From Candidatus Omnitrophota bacterium (lineage in GTDB: Bacteria; Omnitrophota; Gorgyraeia; JAHIPI01), in the NCBI GenBank assembly GCA_016783745.1, contig JADHVZ010000006.1, positions 3,397 through 67,396 on the forward strand: DNA of 64,000 nucleotides. Reading direction: 5' to 3'. Below are positions 10,153 through 20,063 of the stretch, in pieces (positions within the stretch are counted from its first letter, which is position 1; each line of letters opens with the position of its first letter). The position numbers and the translations under genes were made by a program. Under the pieces are notes generated by a model. The model saw nothing but the letters and a program-made list of their open reading frames with translations, did no database searches and had not been told where the DNA came from.

Positions 10153-11733
10153 TTATTTTTTCGCGTCCTTCATTAGTTTATATTCTATGCCGTCTACAAG
10201 CGCGAGCCAGCTGGCTTCGATGATATTCACCGATACCCCTACCGTCCACCATGAATCTTGCTCATCCTGTGACTGGATGAGCACCCGCACCTTAGCGGCA
10301 GTTCCCGCTTTCTCGTCCAATACCCTGACCTTAAAATCGGCCAGGTGCATCTTGTCTAGAGATGGATAAAATTCCACAAGCGCCTTTCGAAGCGCGTTAT
10401 CAAGGGCGTTCACAGGCCCGTCTCCGAGCGCGGCCGTATGTTCTTTTTTACCGCCCACCTTGACTTTGATCGTGGCCTCGGAGACCAGATTACCGTCTTC
10501 ATCGTCTTCCACGATCACCCTGAAGCCTTCCAGGCGGAAGAATGATTTAAAATGCTTCATGGATCTTCTCATGAGGATCTCGAAAGACGCCTCGGCTGAT
10601 TCAAATTGATAGCCCTTATGCTCAAGCTCCTGCACAAGCTTAAGTATCTTTTTAGCCTTGGGGCTGTCTTTCTGTAATTGCAGATTGAACTCCTCTGCCT
10701 TTCTCAGGATGGTGGATTTTCCGGAAAGCTCCGAGATGAGAAGCCTGCGCCTGTTGCCAGTAGCGGCCGGATCCATATGCTCGTAACTTTTCGGATTCTT
10801 TAATATCGCGTTGACATGCACCCCCGCCTTATGGGCAAACGCGCTCGCTCCCACAAAAGGCTGATTGCCCATCTGCCTCATGTTGCTGATCTCTGAAATA
10901 AACCTTGAGGCCTCAGTCAGCTCCTTAAGCTGCGTATTCGATACGCAATTGATACCCAGCTTCAGTTTAAGGATAGAGATGATAGAGACCAGATTAGCGT
11001 TACCGCATCTTTCGCCGAAACCGTTTATGGTCCCCTGCACATGTTCGCATCCGGCCTGTACGGCGGAGATGGAATTGGCAACCGCAAGTTCTGAATCATT
11101 ATGCGCATGGATGCCGAGGCGTTTTTTTACGATTCTTTTCACCTCGGCGGTTATCCTATAGATATCCGATGCAAGTGTTCCGCCGTTAGTATCACAGAGG
11201 ACCAGGCAGTCCGATCCTCCGTTATCCGCCGCTTCCAGAGTCGCGATGGCGTAATCAGGGTTGGATTTAAATCCGTCAAAAAAATGTTCCGCGTCATAGA
11301 TGACCTCTTTATTTTTTGACTTAAGATAGGCTACACTTTCTGTGATCATGTTAAGGTTTTCTTCCAGGCTTGTGCGCAAAATATCTTTAACATGCAGGTC
11401 CCAGCTTTTTCCGAATATAGTGATGGCCTTTGTTTCCGCCTTGATCAGGGATCTCAGGTTTACATCGTCTTTGGCCTTGATCTTAGGCCTTTTGGTCGAA
11501 CCGAAAGCCGTGATCTTTGAGTTTTTGAGCCGTAATTTTTTGAGTTTTTTGAACACCTCGATATCCTTGGGGTTTGCCCCGGGCCAGCCCGCTTCGATGT
11601 AATGGACACCCAGTTCATCCAGCTTCTGCGCTATCCTCACTTTATCCGTGACGCTGAATGAGATTCCCTCTGTCTGCGCGCCGTCGCGCAGCGTCGTATC
11701 GTATAACTTTACATTGTCAGCCAATGTACTCAC
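10153..11733 (-). CDS. (R)-citramalate synthase / 2-isopropylmalate synthase family protein (CimA-like, with C-terminal LeuA-dimerisation/regulatory domain)
   Basis: 526 aa; N-terminal DTTLRDGAQ...IEAGWPGANPKD HMGL-like TIM barrel typical of the CimA subgroup; start overlaps lysC. Confidence 0.8.
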   Translation of the reverse strand: MSTLADNVKLYDTTLRDGAQTEGISFSVTDKVRIAQKLDELGVHYIEAGWPGANPKDIEVFKKLKKLRLKNSKITAFGSTKRPKIKAKDDVNLRSLIKAETKAITIFGKSWDLHVKDILRTSLEENLNMITESVAYLKSKNKEVIYDAEHFFDGFKSNPDYAIATLEAADNGGSDCLVLCDTNGGTLASDIYRITAEVKRIVKKRLGIHAHNDSELAVANSISAVQAGCEHVQGTINGFGERCGNANLVSIISILKLKLGINCVSNTQLKELTEASRFISEISNMRQMGNQPFVGASAFAHKAGVHVNAILKNPKSYEHMDPAATGNRRRLLISELSGKSTILRKAEEFNLQLQKDSPKAKKILKLVQELEHKGYQFESAEASFEILMRRSMKHFKSFFRLEGFRVIVEDDEDGNLVSEATIKVKVGGKKEHTAALGDGPVNALDNALRKALVEFYPSLDKMHLADFKVRVLDEKAGTAAKVRVLIQSQDEQDSWWTVGVSVNIIEASWLALVDGIEYKLMKDAKK

Positions 11734-12968
11734 CTCTCTTTTACAATTGCCTTCTTGCTCAGATTAAATGCCTTATGAAGCGCCTTTACGGCATCTTGGG
11801 CCTTCTTCCTGCTTATCACGCAGGATATCTTGATCTCGCTTGTGGATATCATCCCTATATTTATTTTTTTGCCCGCGAGCGCGGTAAACATCTTCGCGGC
11901 AACGCCGGCATGCGTCTTCATGCCTATGCCGACGACGGAGACCTTGGCGATATCATCATCGGAGGTCACGCCCTCGGCCCCTATCTTATCGGATATTTCC
12001 TTCGCGGTCCTTATGGTCTTGAGAAGATCATCCCTGTTTACGGTGAATGACACGTCGGTGGCGCCCGTTCGCGAAATATTCTGTATGATCATGTCTATGT
12101 TGATGTTCTTATCCGCCAGGACCTTGAATATATGAGCGGCCGCGCCCGGCTTATCGGGAACATCGCAAATGGTGATCTTGGCCTCATTCTTGTTCACGGT
12201 AACCCCGCTCACTACCACTTTCTCCATCATCTTGACCTCCTCCGAAATCACAGTCCCTTTTTTATCGTTAAAGCTTGATCTGACATGAAGCGGTATCTTG
12301 AATCTGCCCGCTATCTCGATGCTTCTTGGCTGCATGACCTGAGCGCCGAGTGATGCCAGCTCCAGCATCTCCTCATAGCTGATCTTGTCAAGTTTCCTGG
12401 CGTTTTTCACGATGCGCGGGTCAGCCGTATAAATACCGTCGACATCCGTATATATCTCACACACACTCGCGTTAAGTGATTTCGCCAGCGCTACCGCGGT
12501 CACGTCGGACCCTCCGCGGCCCAGAGTCGTTATTTCCTGCTTAAGCGAGACACCCTGAAACCCGGCCACTATCACTATCCTATTCTTCTCAAGCTCCTTC
12601 AGTATTTTCGTCGCGTTAACATCTATTATGCGTGCCTTTGTATGCGAGCTGTCGGTCCTTATCCCTACCTGTGACCCTGTGAATGAGATAGCCTCTTCAC
12701 CCAGCTTATGTATGGCCATAGCTAAAAGCGAGACGGATATCTGTTCCCCCGTCGATACAAGCATATCCATTTCCCGTTCGGAAGGATATTTTGTTATCTG
12801 CCGGGATAGTTCTATAAGCTTGTCGGTGGTACCGCCCAGCGCGCTTACCACGACTACCATCTTATACCCCAGGCGCTTAAACTTCACTATGCGCCTGGCA
12901 ACATCCTGTATCCGGCCTGTATTGGCGACGCTTGATCCGCCGTATTTTTGCACGACGATGTTACGCAT
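11730..12968 (-). CDS. lysC: Aspartate kinase (monofunctional, C-terminal ACT domains)
   Basis: 412 aa; VVQKYGGSSV...KMVVVVSALGGTTDKL amino-acid kinase signature; two ACT repeats. Confidence 0.9.
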   Translation of the reverse strand: MRNIVVQKYGGSSVANTGRIQDVARRIVKFKRLGYKMVVVVSALGGTTDKLIELSRQITKYPSEREMDMLVSTGEQISVSLLAMAIHKLGEEAISFTGSQVGIRTDSSHTKARIIDVNATKILKELEKNRIVIVAGFQGVSLKQEITTLGRGGSDVTAVALAKSLNASVCEIYTDVDGIYTADPRIVKNARKLDKISYEEMLELASLGAQVMQPRSIEIAGRFKIPLHVRSSFNDKKGTVISEEVKMMEKVVVSGVTVNKNEAKITICDVPDKPGAAAHIFKVLADKNINIDMIIQNISRTGATDVSFTVNRDDLLKTIRTAKEISDKIGAEGVTSDDDIAKVSVVGIGMKTHAGVAAKMFTALAGKKINIGMISTSEIKISCVISRKKAQDAVKALHKAFNLSKKAIVKER

Positions 12969-14571
12969 GTTTATACCTCTTCTTCTTTTTCAGATATACG
13001 TATACCTCAAACAACATGTACACTGTTATTATCAAAAGCGCGCATGATATGATCCCTAAAAGAACATCCCCGTTCTTTAGATATTTAGGTATGTTATATA
13101 ACAACGCTCCGAACGTGGTCAATAGCATAAATATACAGGGAAGAATCGTATATATTATTCTTGCGTTTCTGCTTAAAAGCCATACGGTGATCACCAGTAA
13201 AGCAAGTGCCGCTACAAGCTGGTTAGCGGCGCCGAATACCGGCCATATCTTCGTCCAGTTTCCGCTAAGGCCAAGCCAGCCGCTTAAAGCTACTACTATA
13301 AAAGTAGCCAGATACCTGTTCTTTATGCCAAAAAGTTCGTGCGTAAGATAACGGCCTATCCTTGTGGCGGTATCAAGTGTCGTCAAAATAAAAGCATTCA
13401 AGATCACTATAGCCAAAAACCCGCCCATACCCGCCAGCATCGATCCTGTAAGCGCGCCGTAACCGTGCCCGAAAGCTCCTACCGGCCCTGAACCGCCCTT
13501 ACCCAAAAAAGCGGTGAGCGCCGCCTGGTTTTTTAGCCCGGCCGCGACTACCAGGACCGCCATGACCGCGACAGCGGCCTCGACGATCATTCCGCCGTAG
13601 CTTATCCCTCTGGCGTGCGTCTCACTTGACAGCTGTTTCGAAGTAGTCCCGCTCGCCACAAATGAATGAAACCCTGATATCGCCCCGCAGGCAACAGTTA
13701 CAAAAAGCATCGGCCAAAGTGAATTATCAACTAAATGAAAACCGTTGAAAAACGGAAGCGCTATATTGGGACGGGAAACTATAATGCCCAGATAGCCGAA
13801 AATCACGCCAAATATCAGAAGAAACGCCGAAAGATAATCGCGAGGCTGAAGAAGTATCTGTACAGGCGTTATCGAAGCGATAAAAGAATATATAAGCAGC
13901 AAGCAACCCCAGAAAACTTGAGGGTTTTCAGCTTCGATCCTGACCGGGAACTTATTACCGATGATGATCAATAAGGCCATAACCCCCACCCCAAGCAATG
14001 TGACCGCCGCGTGATTCGCCTTCACGTTATAAAGCAAATACCCCACGAGTATCGCGACAGCTATCAGGCCTATTGAGGGAATCACTATCTTCGGTTCATA
14101 GGCGAGGGTCTTCGCGCATAGATAGACAAACACCGCTATCACCAGTATAAGCGTCAGCCATACAAATGAAGCGAAAAAGAGTTTTGCCCTGCGCGAGACC
14201 ACATTCTCAGCTATATCCGAGATCGAGCGTCCGCTGTTTTTTATAGACAATACCAAAGAGCCGAAATCGTGAACACCGCCGATAAAAATAGACCCTATTA
14301 TGATCCAGATGATAGTGGGCCCCCACCCCCAAATGGATAAAGCAAGTATGGGCCCTATAATGGGAGCGGCGCCTGAAATACTCGAAAAATGATGCCCGAA
14401 AAGCACCAGCGGGTTCTTTGCCGGCACATAATCAACGCCGTCATAGTTTTTATGCGCCGGCGTCACCGCTTTTGCGGATATACCGAATAGCTTGACGAAT
14501 TTCTTACTGTAAAAAATGTAACCCAGGGTCAAAAAGACTATCGCTATGGCAGCAACCAAAAGCGAATTCAT
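12961..14571 (-). CDS. cstA: Carbon starvation protein A family transporter
   Basis: 536 aa polytopic membrane protein with CstA motifs (LFGHHFSSISGAAPIIGP, VTVACGAISGFHSFVASGTTSKQL). Confidence 0.85.
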   Translation of the reverse strand: MNSLLVAAIAIVFLTLGYIFYSKKFVKLFGISAKAVTPAHKNYDGVDYVPAKNPLVLFGHHFSSISGAAPIIGPILALSIWGWGPTIIWIIIGSIFIGGVHDFGSLVLSIKNSGRSISDIAENVVSRRAKLFFASFVWLTLILVIAVFVYLCAKTLAYEPKIVIPSIGLIAVAILVGYLLYNVKANHAAVTLLGVGVMALLIIIGNKFPVRIEAENPQVFWGCLLLIYSFIASITPVQILLQPRDYLSAFLLIFGVIFGYLGIIVSRPNIALPFFNGFHLVDNSLWPMLFVTVACGAISGFHSFVASGTTSKQLSSETHARGISYGGMIVEAAVAVMAVLVVAAGLKNQAALTAFLGKGGSGPVGAFGHGYGALTGSMLAGMGGFLAIVILNAFILTTLDTATRIGRYLTHELFGIKNRYLATFIVVALSGWLGLSGNWTKIWPVFGAANQLVAALALLVITVWLLSRNARIIYTILPCIFMLLTTFGALLYNIPKYLKNGDVLLGIISCALLIITVYMLFEVYVYLKKKKRYKHA

Positions 14572-14578
14572 AGGGTCT

Positions 14579-15799
14579 TTACGCGCCTTTCATAAAGCTA
14601 TCCATGAGCTGCCAGCCGCTCGGAAACGTCAGCCGGGAAGCCTTTCCGGATTTCTCACTGAAGACCATGGTATTGTCAGCTTCGACGCCGGCACCGCATA
14701 TGACAAAAGGAATCGGGTCAGAGGTATGGGTACCTATCGATATCGGAGTCGAGTGGTCAGGAAGGAGCATCATTTTGACATCGTCCCTGCCTTTAAAGTA
14801 CTTCAATGCGGTCCCTACTATGTGTTTATCAAAGTTTTCGATTGCCGTTATCTTGGCGCGTATATCCTTGTTGTGGCCGGCCTCATCCGTTGCTTCCACG
14901 TGTACGAATACAAAATCATTATTATCGAGCGCCGCCATGGCGTAGTCAGCCTTTCCCTGATAATTCGTATCGTAGTATCCTGTCGCGCCCGGCACATCTA
15001 TGACCTCAAGCCCTATAAGCTTGCCTATGCCGTTTACGAGGTTGACTGCTGAGACTATAGCCCCCTTCACACCGTATTTTTCCTCAAACATGGGAAGCCT
15101 CGGCTTTGTACCCTGGCCCCAGAGCCATACCATGCTGGCGGGGTTTTCCTTAAGATCCAGCCTGACCCTATTGATGTCCTGCTTCTCCAGAACAGCCTTT
15201 GAATCATTCATCAGTTTTATGAGGAAATCAGCTCCCTTACCCTTAGGAAGATTCTTGTCTACCCTCTGGCCTACTATATCGTGCGGCGGCATGTAAGATA
15301 TCTTGCTAAGATCCGCATCCTTGCCTGAAGATTTAAAATGCCTGCCGTTTTTTATCACCATAAGATGCCGGTAACTTATTCCCGGATAAAATTTCACATC
15401 ACCCTTGCCCAGCTTCTTATCGATGGCCCTTATAAGTATGTCAGCTTCCTTGGTGGTTATGTGTCCCGAGCTGTAATCGGTCAGGATACCTTTATCCTCA
15501 GTTATAAGATTGCACCTGAAGGCCACATCGTCATCACCAAGACCTATATCCATATTTGCCGCTTCAAGCGGGCCCCTGCCCGAATAATACTTTAGAGGGT
15601 CATAACCGATGATGGAAAGGTTGGCAACATCGCTTGCCGGGGTCATGCCTTTCGGGATCACGGAAACCATGCCCACTTTACCGTTCTTGGCCATATAAGT
15701 CATGTTCGGTACTTTGGAGCATTCAAGCGGTGTCCTCCCGTCTAGCTCTTCTAAAGGATAATCCCCCATTCCGTCAGGAACCATAACTATGTATTTCAT
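14579..15799 (-). CDS. Cofactor-independent phosphoglycerate mutase (archaeal ApgM/COG3635) family protein; from operon context likely the non-orthologous homoserine kinase
   Basis: 406 aa, MKYIVMVPDGMGDYP... metalloenzyme superfamily N-terminus; sits between thrC and lysC in a hom-thrC-X-...-lysC array lacking a GHMP-type thrB. Confidence 0.75.
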   Translation of the reverse strand: MKYIVMVPDGMGDYPLEELDGRTPLECSKVPNMTYMAKNGKVGMVSVIPKGMTPASDVANLSIIGYDPLKYYSGRGPLEAANMDIGLGDDDVAFRCNLITEDKGILTDYSSGHITTKEADILIRAIDKKLGKGDVKFYPGISYRHLMVIKNGRHFKSSGKDADLSKISYMPPHDIVGQRVDKNLPKGKGADFLIKLMNDSKAVLEKQDINRVRLDLKENPASMVWLWGQGTKPRLPMFEEKYGVKGAIVSAVNLVNGIGKLIGLEVIDVPGATGYYDTNYQGKADYAMAALDNNDFVFVHVEATDEAGHNKDIRAKITAIENFDKHIVGTALKYFKGRDDVKMMLLPDHSTPISIGTHTSDPIPFVICGAGVEADNTMVFSEKSGKASRLTFPSGWQLMDSFMKGA

Positions 15800-15811
15800 T
15801 TTTTCTCCTCG

Positions 15812-16870
15812 TTAATAACCTATTTCTTTCAAGACAGCGCTCATATCGTTCTCGAGAACTATTGGCTTATCTACGCTGGCAATAGCCCTATCAGGGTCTT
15901 TTAAGCCGTGCCCCGTTACAATACAGACTATCTTTGACTTCTTCTTAAAATAGCCTTTTTTCGAATATTTAAGCAGTCCCGCGACTGAAGCTGCCGAAGC
16001 GGGCTCCACAAACACGCCTTCTTTTTGAGCCAGGATCTTATACGCGTTAAGGATCTCGTCATCGGAAACCATATCTATGGCCCCTCCCGATTCATCCCTC
16101 GCGGCTACAGCCTGTTCCCAGCTGGCGGGGTTGCCTATCTTTATGGCGGTCGCTATTGTCTGGGGCTTTTTTACAATATGCCCCTTCACGATGGGAGCCG
16201 CGCCTTCCGCCTGAAACCCTACCATTTTCGGGAGACTTTTTATGATGCCTTTTTCTTTATATTCTTTATAACCTTTCCAGTACGCCGTGATATTACCCGC
16301 GTTTCCTACAGGAATAACATGATAATCCGGAGCTTTGCCGCCAAAGGCATCGCATATCTCAAAGGCCCCTGTCTTTTGGCCCTCGATCCTGAAAGGATTG
16401 AGCGAATTGACAAGTGTTATAGGATATTTATCCGTGATCTCACGCACAAGCATCAGGGCATCGTCAAAGTTGCCCTTAATAGCAATGACTTGAGCTCCGT
16501 GAATAAGCGCCTGAGCCAATTTGCCCAGAGCTATAGAGCCTTCCGGTATTAAAACCACACATTTCATTCCGGCGCGCGCTGCGTACGCGGAGGCAGAAGC
16601 GGAGGTATTGCCGGTAGAGGCGCACATAACCGCCTTTGAGCCTTCCTCCAGGGCCTTGCTGACAGCCATGGTCATACCCCTGTCCTTGAATGAACCTGTC
16701 GGATTCAGCCCCTCATATTTTACGTAAAGCTCAACATCGCCGCCGGCCAGCTCATCCAGATATGGTGTTCTGATAAGCGGCGTATCGCCCTCATTAAGAG
16801 TTATTACGGGCGTATCTTTGCCTACCGGTAAATATTTCTTATATCTTTCTATGACCCCCTTATACATCAT
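15812..16870 (-). CDS. thrC: Threonine synthase (short form)
   Basis: 352 aa; PLP-lysine motif TGSFKDRGM. Confidence 0.9.
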   Translation of the reverse strand: MMYKGVIERYKKYLPVGKDTPVITLNEGDTPLIRTPYLDELAGGDVELYVKYEGLNPTGSFKDRGMTMAVSKALEEGSKAVMCASTGNTSASASAYAARAGMKCVVLIPEGSIALGKLAQALIHGAQVIAIKGNFDDALMLVREITDKYPITLVNSLNPFRIEGQKTGAFEICDAFGGKAPDYHVIPVGNAGNITAYWKGYKEYKEKGIIKSLPKMVGFQAEGAAPIVKGHIVKKPQTIATAIKIGNPASWEQAVAARDESGGAIDMVSDDEILNAYKILAQKEGVFVEPASAASVAGLLKYSKKGYFKKKSKIVCIVTGHGLKDPDRAIASVDKPIVLENDMSAVLKEIGY

Positions 16871-16873
16871 ACA

Positions 16874-18169
16874 TCACCTCATCTCCATTCTGATGGCTAC
16901 GGGTTTTCCGCTGATCGAGTTAAGCTTGTTTATCTGACCGAGCGCCTTTCTTAGATCCATCTCTATTGCCTCATGGGTCAGCATGACTATAGGAACCGCG
17001 TGCTCTTTATTTCTCTCTTTCTGCGAAACGCTGGAAATGCTTATTTTATATTTAGCGAGAATGCCTGATATGCCGGCCAGGACGCCGGGTTTATCCATCG
17101 CCATGAACCTTATGTAGTAACGGCTTTTTACTCTTCCGATACCCTTTATTCCGCTTACACCCGAATCAAAATTCATCTCGGGCATTATCATCTTCTTTCC
17201 GGCCGCGACAGCTTCCGCGATATCTGTTACATCCGATATGATCGCGCTTGAAGTCGCCTTCTCGCCGGCGCCTTCACCGTAAAGAAGGCTCTCCCCTATC
17301 ATGTCCCCTTTTATATAGATGGCATTTTGCGCGCCTCTGACTCCGGCTAAAAGATGTTTTGTGGTAAGCAAAGTGGGGTGCACTCTTACGTCAAGTTTGC
17401 CCTCATCCTTTTTCGCGATAGCCAGAAGTTTAATGGAATATCCGAGCTCCTTGGCGTATTGTATGTCCTGTAATTCCACGCTCTGAATGCCTTCTGTAAA
17501 AATATCTCCGACATCTACATACCTTCCGAATCCTAATAACGATAAAATGGCGAGCTTATGCGCCGAATCCATACCGTTTATATCCAGAGTCGGGTTACTT
17601 TCAGCTATTCCCAGCCCTTTGGCTTTTTTTAGCGCGCCATTAAATGTCTCGCCTTCTTCCTCCATCTTAGTCAGAATATAATTTGAAGTACCGTTTATGA
17701 TGCCGTATACCGCCTGGATCCTGTTCGCCACAAAATCACCGCTTAACGCCTTTACCACAGGTATGCCGCCGCCTACACTTGCCTCGAACCTTACCGTCAC
17801 ACCGCATTTTTTCGCTACTTTGAATATCTCTTTGCCGCATGCCGCCAGGAGAGCCTTATTGGCTGTGACCACATGTTTCCCGCTTTCCAGCGCCTTTATC
17901 ACAAATTCCTTCGCGGGATGTATGCCCCCGATGAGTTCGATGACAATATCAATATTGGGGTCATTTAAGATATCGCCGGCTTTTTTAGTGAGTTTTTTAC
18001 GGGAGACCTTGACCGGCCTTTTTGTTCTAAGGTCCTTATCGGCTATACGGACGAGCTCAAGCTCAAGACCCCTTTTTTTCTTTATAAATAACCTCTTGCC
18101 GGCCAGCGCCTTGACTACACCTGTTCCGATAGTGCCGAATCCTATAAGGGCGATATTGACTTTCTTCAT
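16874..18169 (-). CDS. hom: Homoserine dehydrogenase (with C-terminal ACT domain)
   Basis: 431 aa; N-terminal Rossmann GFGTIGTGV, catalytic domain and C-terminal ACT. Confidence 0.9.
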   Translation of the reverse strand: MKKVNIALIGFGTIGTGVVKALAGKRLFIKKKRGLELELVRIADKDLRTKRPVKVSRKKLTKKAGDILNDPNIDIVIELIGGIHPAKEFVIKALESGKHVVTANKALLAACGKEIFKVAKKCGVTVRFEASVGGGIPVVKALSGDFVANRIQAVYGIINGTSNYILTKMEEEGETFNGALKKAKGLGIAESNPTLDINGMDSAHKLAILSLLGFGRYVDVGDIFTEGIQSVELQDIQYAKELGYSIKLLAIAKKDEGKLDVRVHPTLLTTKHLLAGVRGAQNAIYIKGDMIGESLLYGEGAGEKATSSAIISDVTDIAEAVAAGKKMIMPEMNFDSGVSGIKGIGRVKSRYYIRFMAMDKPGVLAGISGILAKYKISISSVSQKERNKEHAVPIVMLTHEAIEMDLRKALGQINKLNSISGKPVAIRMEMR

Positions 18170-18208
18170 ATCAAACCTTTCGTATTAGGAAAAATCGTGG
18201 GACACAAC

Positions 18209-18345
18209 GTCACCAGGTCACCCGTCACCAGGTCACCAAAATCCTATGTGAAATATCTTGGGTTTCAAAGTCACCCGTCACCAGGTCACAAGGGGTTTTC
18301 TTATCCTTTTCTCGTGTGACCTTGTGACGTGTGACCTTGTGACCC
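18209..18345. repeat. REP-like dyad element, 'gtcacc' family: tandem gtcacc(a/c)ggtcacc words plus a palindrome gtcacccgtcaccaggtcacaagg-[loop ggttttcttatccttttctc]-gtgtgaccttgtgacgtgtgaccttgtgac
   Basis: Seen directly; related copy with the same loop word (ggggttttcttat) at 28907-28970. Confidence 0.8.
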
Positions 18346-18362
18346 TTGTATTTTCCAAGAAC

Positions 18363-18441
18363 TGGTCGGGGGGACCAGATTCGAACTGGCGACCTCTTGC
18401 ACCCCAAGCAAGCGCGCTAAACCAAACTGCGCCACCCCCCG
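18363..18441 (-). tRNA. tRNA-Pro (anticodon GGG), genomically encoded CCA, C1-G72 pair and A73 discriminator
   Basis: Minus-strand cloverleaf traced by hand: acceptor CGGGGGG/CCCCCCG, D-stem GCGC, anticodon stem CTTGC/GCAAG with loop TTGGGGT, T-arm GCCAG-TTCGAAT-CTGGT, then ACCA. Confidence 0.8.
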
Positions 18442-18445
18442 GTTT

Positions 18446-19444
18446 TTATAAATGTTCGATCTTCGGAGACCTCATCATAAGGTCTTTTACTACGTCCTTT
18501 GGGGATTTATCTTTATATATTACGTTATAGATCTCGCGCGTGATCGGCATATCCACGCCGATTTTCTGCGAGAGCCGGTATGCCGATTCCGTAGTCGTCA
18601 CACCCTCTACTACCATCTCAGTCTCTTCCACTATTGCTTTGGCCCGCTTGCCCCTGCCAAGCATCTCACCAAACCATCTATTCCTGCTGTGCGGGCTTAT
18701 ACATGTTGTTATAAGATCGCCCATACCGCTTAATCCGGCGAATGTCTCCCGCCTTGCTCCCATAGCAACTCCCAGGCGCGTGATCTCCGCAAGGCCTCTG
18801 GTTAAAATAGCGGCTTTTGTGTTCGCGCCGAACCCCAGACTATCTGATATTCCCGCGGCAATGGCAATTATATTCTTTAGAGCGCCCCCTAATTCGACAC
18901 CCGTTAAATCATCGCTGGAATATACCCTCAGCTTATCTCCGGCAAGAACATTCTGCACTTCCCTGGCCAGATTCAAGCTCCTGGAAGATGCCACTATTGT
19001 CGCGGGCATGCCCTTAGCCACCTCGATCGCTATGCTGGGGCCTGATATTGCCGCGATCTTCCTATCTTTGCCAAGGACATCCTCTATCAGCTCTGACATC
19101 CTCATCAATGTCCTACCTTCAATGCCCTTAGCGGCAGAGACCAGAATAGACGCATCTGCCAGAACACCCTTAAGGCGCGGCAGTATGTCACGCAAATATT
19201 TTGACGGGATAGCCAGGATAACTATGCCTGCTCCGCTTAAGGCCGGCTTTAAAGACGGTGTTATATTGACTTCGGCGGGGATAGCAATACCTTTCAGGAA
19301 TTTTGTGTTTTGGCGGGTCTCTGATATGGATCTTATATAATCCTCAAAAACACCCCACAAGGATACATCAACGCCTTTTTCCGATAGACGTATCGCTAGA
19401 GCCGTCCCCCATCCCCCGTCACCTAATATGCATACTTTATTCAT
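18446..19444 (-). CDS. gpsA: NAD(P)H-dependent glycerol-3-phosphate dehydrogenase
   Basis: 332 aa; MNKVCILGDGGWGTALA Rossmann N-terminus. Confidence 0.9.
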   Translation of the reverse strand: MNKVCILGDGGWGTALAIRLSEKGVDVSLWGVFEDYIRSISETRQNTKFLKGIAIPAEVNITPSLKPALSGAGIVILAIPSKYLRDILPRLKGVLADASILVSAAKGIEGRTLMRMSELIEDVLGKDRKIAAISGPSIAIEVAKGMPATIVASSRSLNLAREVQNVLAGDKLRVYSSDDLTGVELGGALKNIIAIAAGISDSLGFGANTKAAILTRGLAEITRLGVAMGARRETFAGLSGMGDLITTCISPHSRNRWFGEMLGRGKRAKAIVEETEMVVEGVTTTESAYRLSQKIGVDMPITREIYNVIYKDKSPKDVVKDLMMRSPKIEHL

Positions 19445-19508
19445 ATTACTACGCTAATTTTATGCTATAAATTTACCATGTAATATTATATTAGTCAAGG
19501 GGGAAAGT

Positions 19509-19540
19509 AAAAAGTCCCCGGTTTTATCCGGGGACTTTTT
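19509..19540. terminator. Bidirectional intrinsic terminator: AAAAA-gtccccgg-ttttat-ccggggac-TTTTT
   Basis: 8-bp GC-rich stem flanked by A5 and T5; 35 nt downstream of the minus-strand ORF ending at 19575. Confidence 0.7.
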
Positions 19541-19574
19541 CGGAGGTACAGGGGTATGGATGAGTCCGAATCCC

Positions 19575-20063
19575 TTAAGAGATCTCTTTGGCAACAGCAA
19601 CAACCGCTAAGTCCATTTTAAAGGAATGAACGAATGCTATGCTGTACACATATTGCCCAACTATGGCGTAACATGTGCCTGCGGTCTTACATAGAAGTGT
19701 ATCCTCTCCTGTGAAGGAGCTGTGCCTTCTTAGTATATGAAAGTGCTTCTTTTTCCATGTATTGCTTGCTTCTTTAAGTTCTCTAAGGCTTTGCATGTCC
19801 TTGGGGCTTTTCAATAAGACCTTCTTCCTTACAAAATAAGTACATCTCCTCTCGATACGCGCCAATATGCCGTCTTTAGAGACAAGCTCTTTTATGTACA
19901 AGCGACGCTTCTTATTGCCTTTTTGAGTGAGATTTCTGTACAATATTTCTCTCATTTTAAGTATCCGCCTTCGCGGCCTCCATAAGTACTTAAAACTTTT
20001 TAAAGCTCTTGAATTAATTGGTAAAAAAAAATTCGCACTTTCTGTACCATATAAGTATACCAC
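19575..20063 (-). CDS. Hypothetical highly basic protein (162 aa, K/R-rich) in an AT-rich insert; true start may be internal (MREIL..)
   Basis: Longest ORF in a ~650-bp AT-rich (~38% GC) segment between plsY and gpsA; followed by a clean terminator; no confident family assignment. Confidence 0.35.
   Translation of the reverse strand: MVYLYGTESANFFLPINSRALKSFKYLWRPRRRILKMREILYRNLTQKGNKKRRLYIKELVSKDGILARIERRCTYFVRKKVLLKSPKDMQSLRELKEASNTWKKKHFHILRRHSSFTGEDTLLCKTAGTCYAIVGQYVYSIAFVHSFKMDLAVVAVAKEIS

Noticed and set aside
18225-18530. ORFs 18225-18407 (-) and 18258-18530 (+) flagged in the six-frame track
   Set aside because: They run through the gtcacc repeat element and the tRNA-Pro gene; their sequences (e.g. 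TRHKVTREK, VTRHQVTRG) are translations of the repeat words. Not genes.
19575-20063. Calling the basic 162-aa ORF an IS200/RAYT-type HuH (Y1) transposase that mobilises the REP-like elements
   Set aside because: Only a bare HFH triplet and a YVY cluster 25-30 residues downstream are present. Known Y1 transposases have ~60 residues between HuH and the catalytic Tyr and a conserved N-terminal beta-strand motif, neither of which is seen here. Kept only as a weak lead in the findings.
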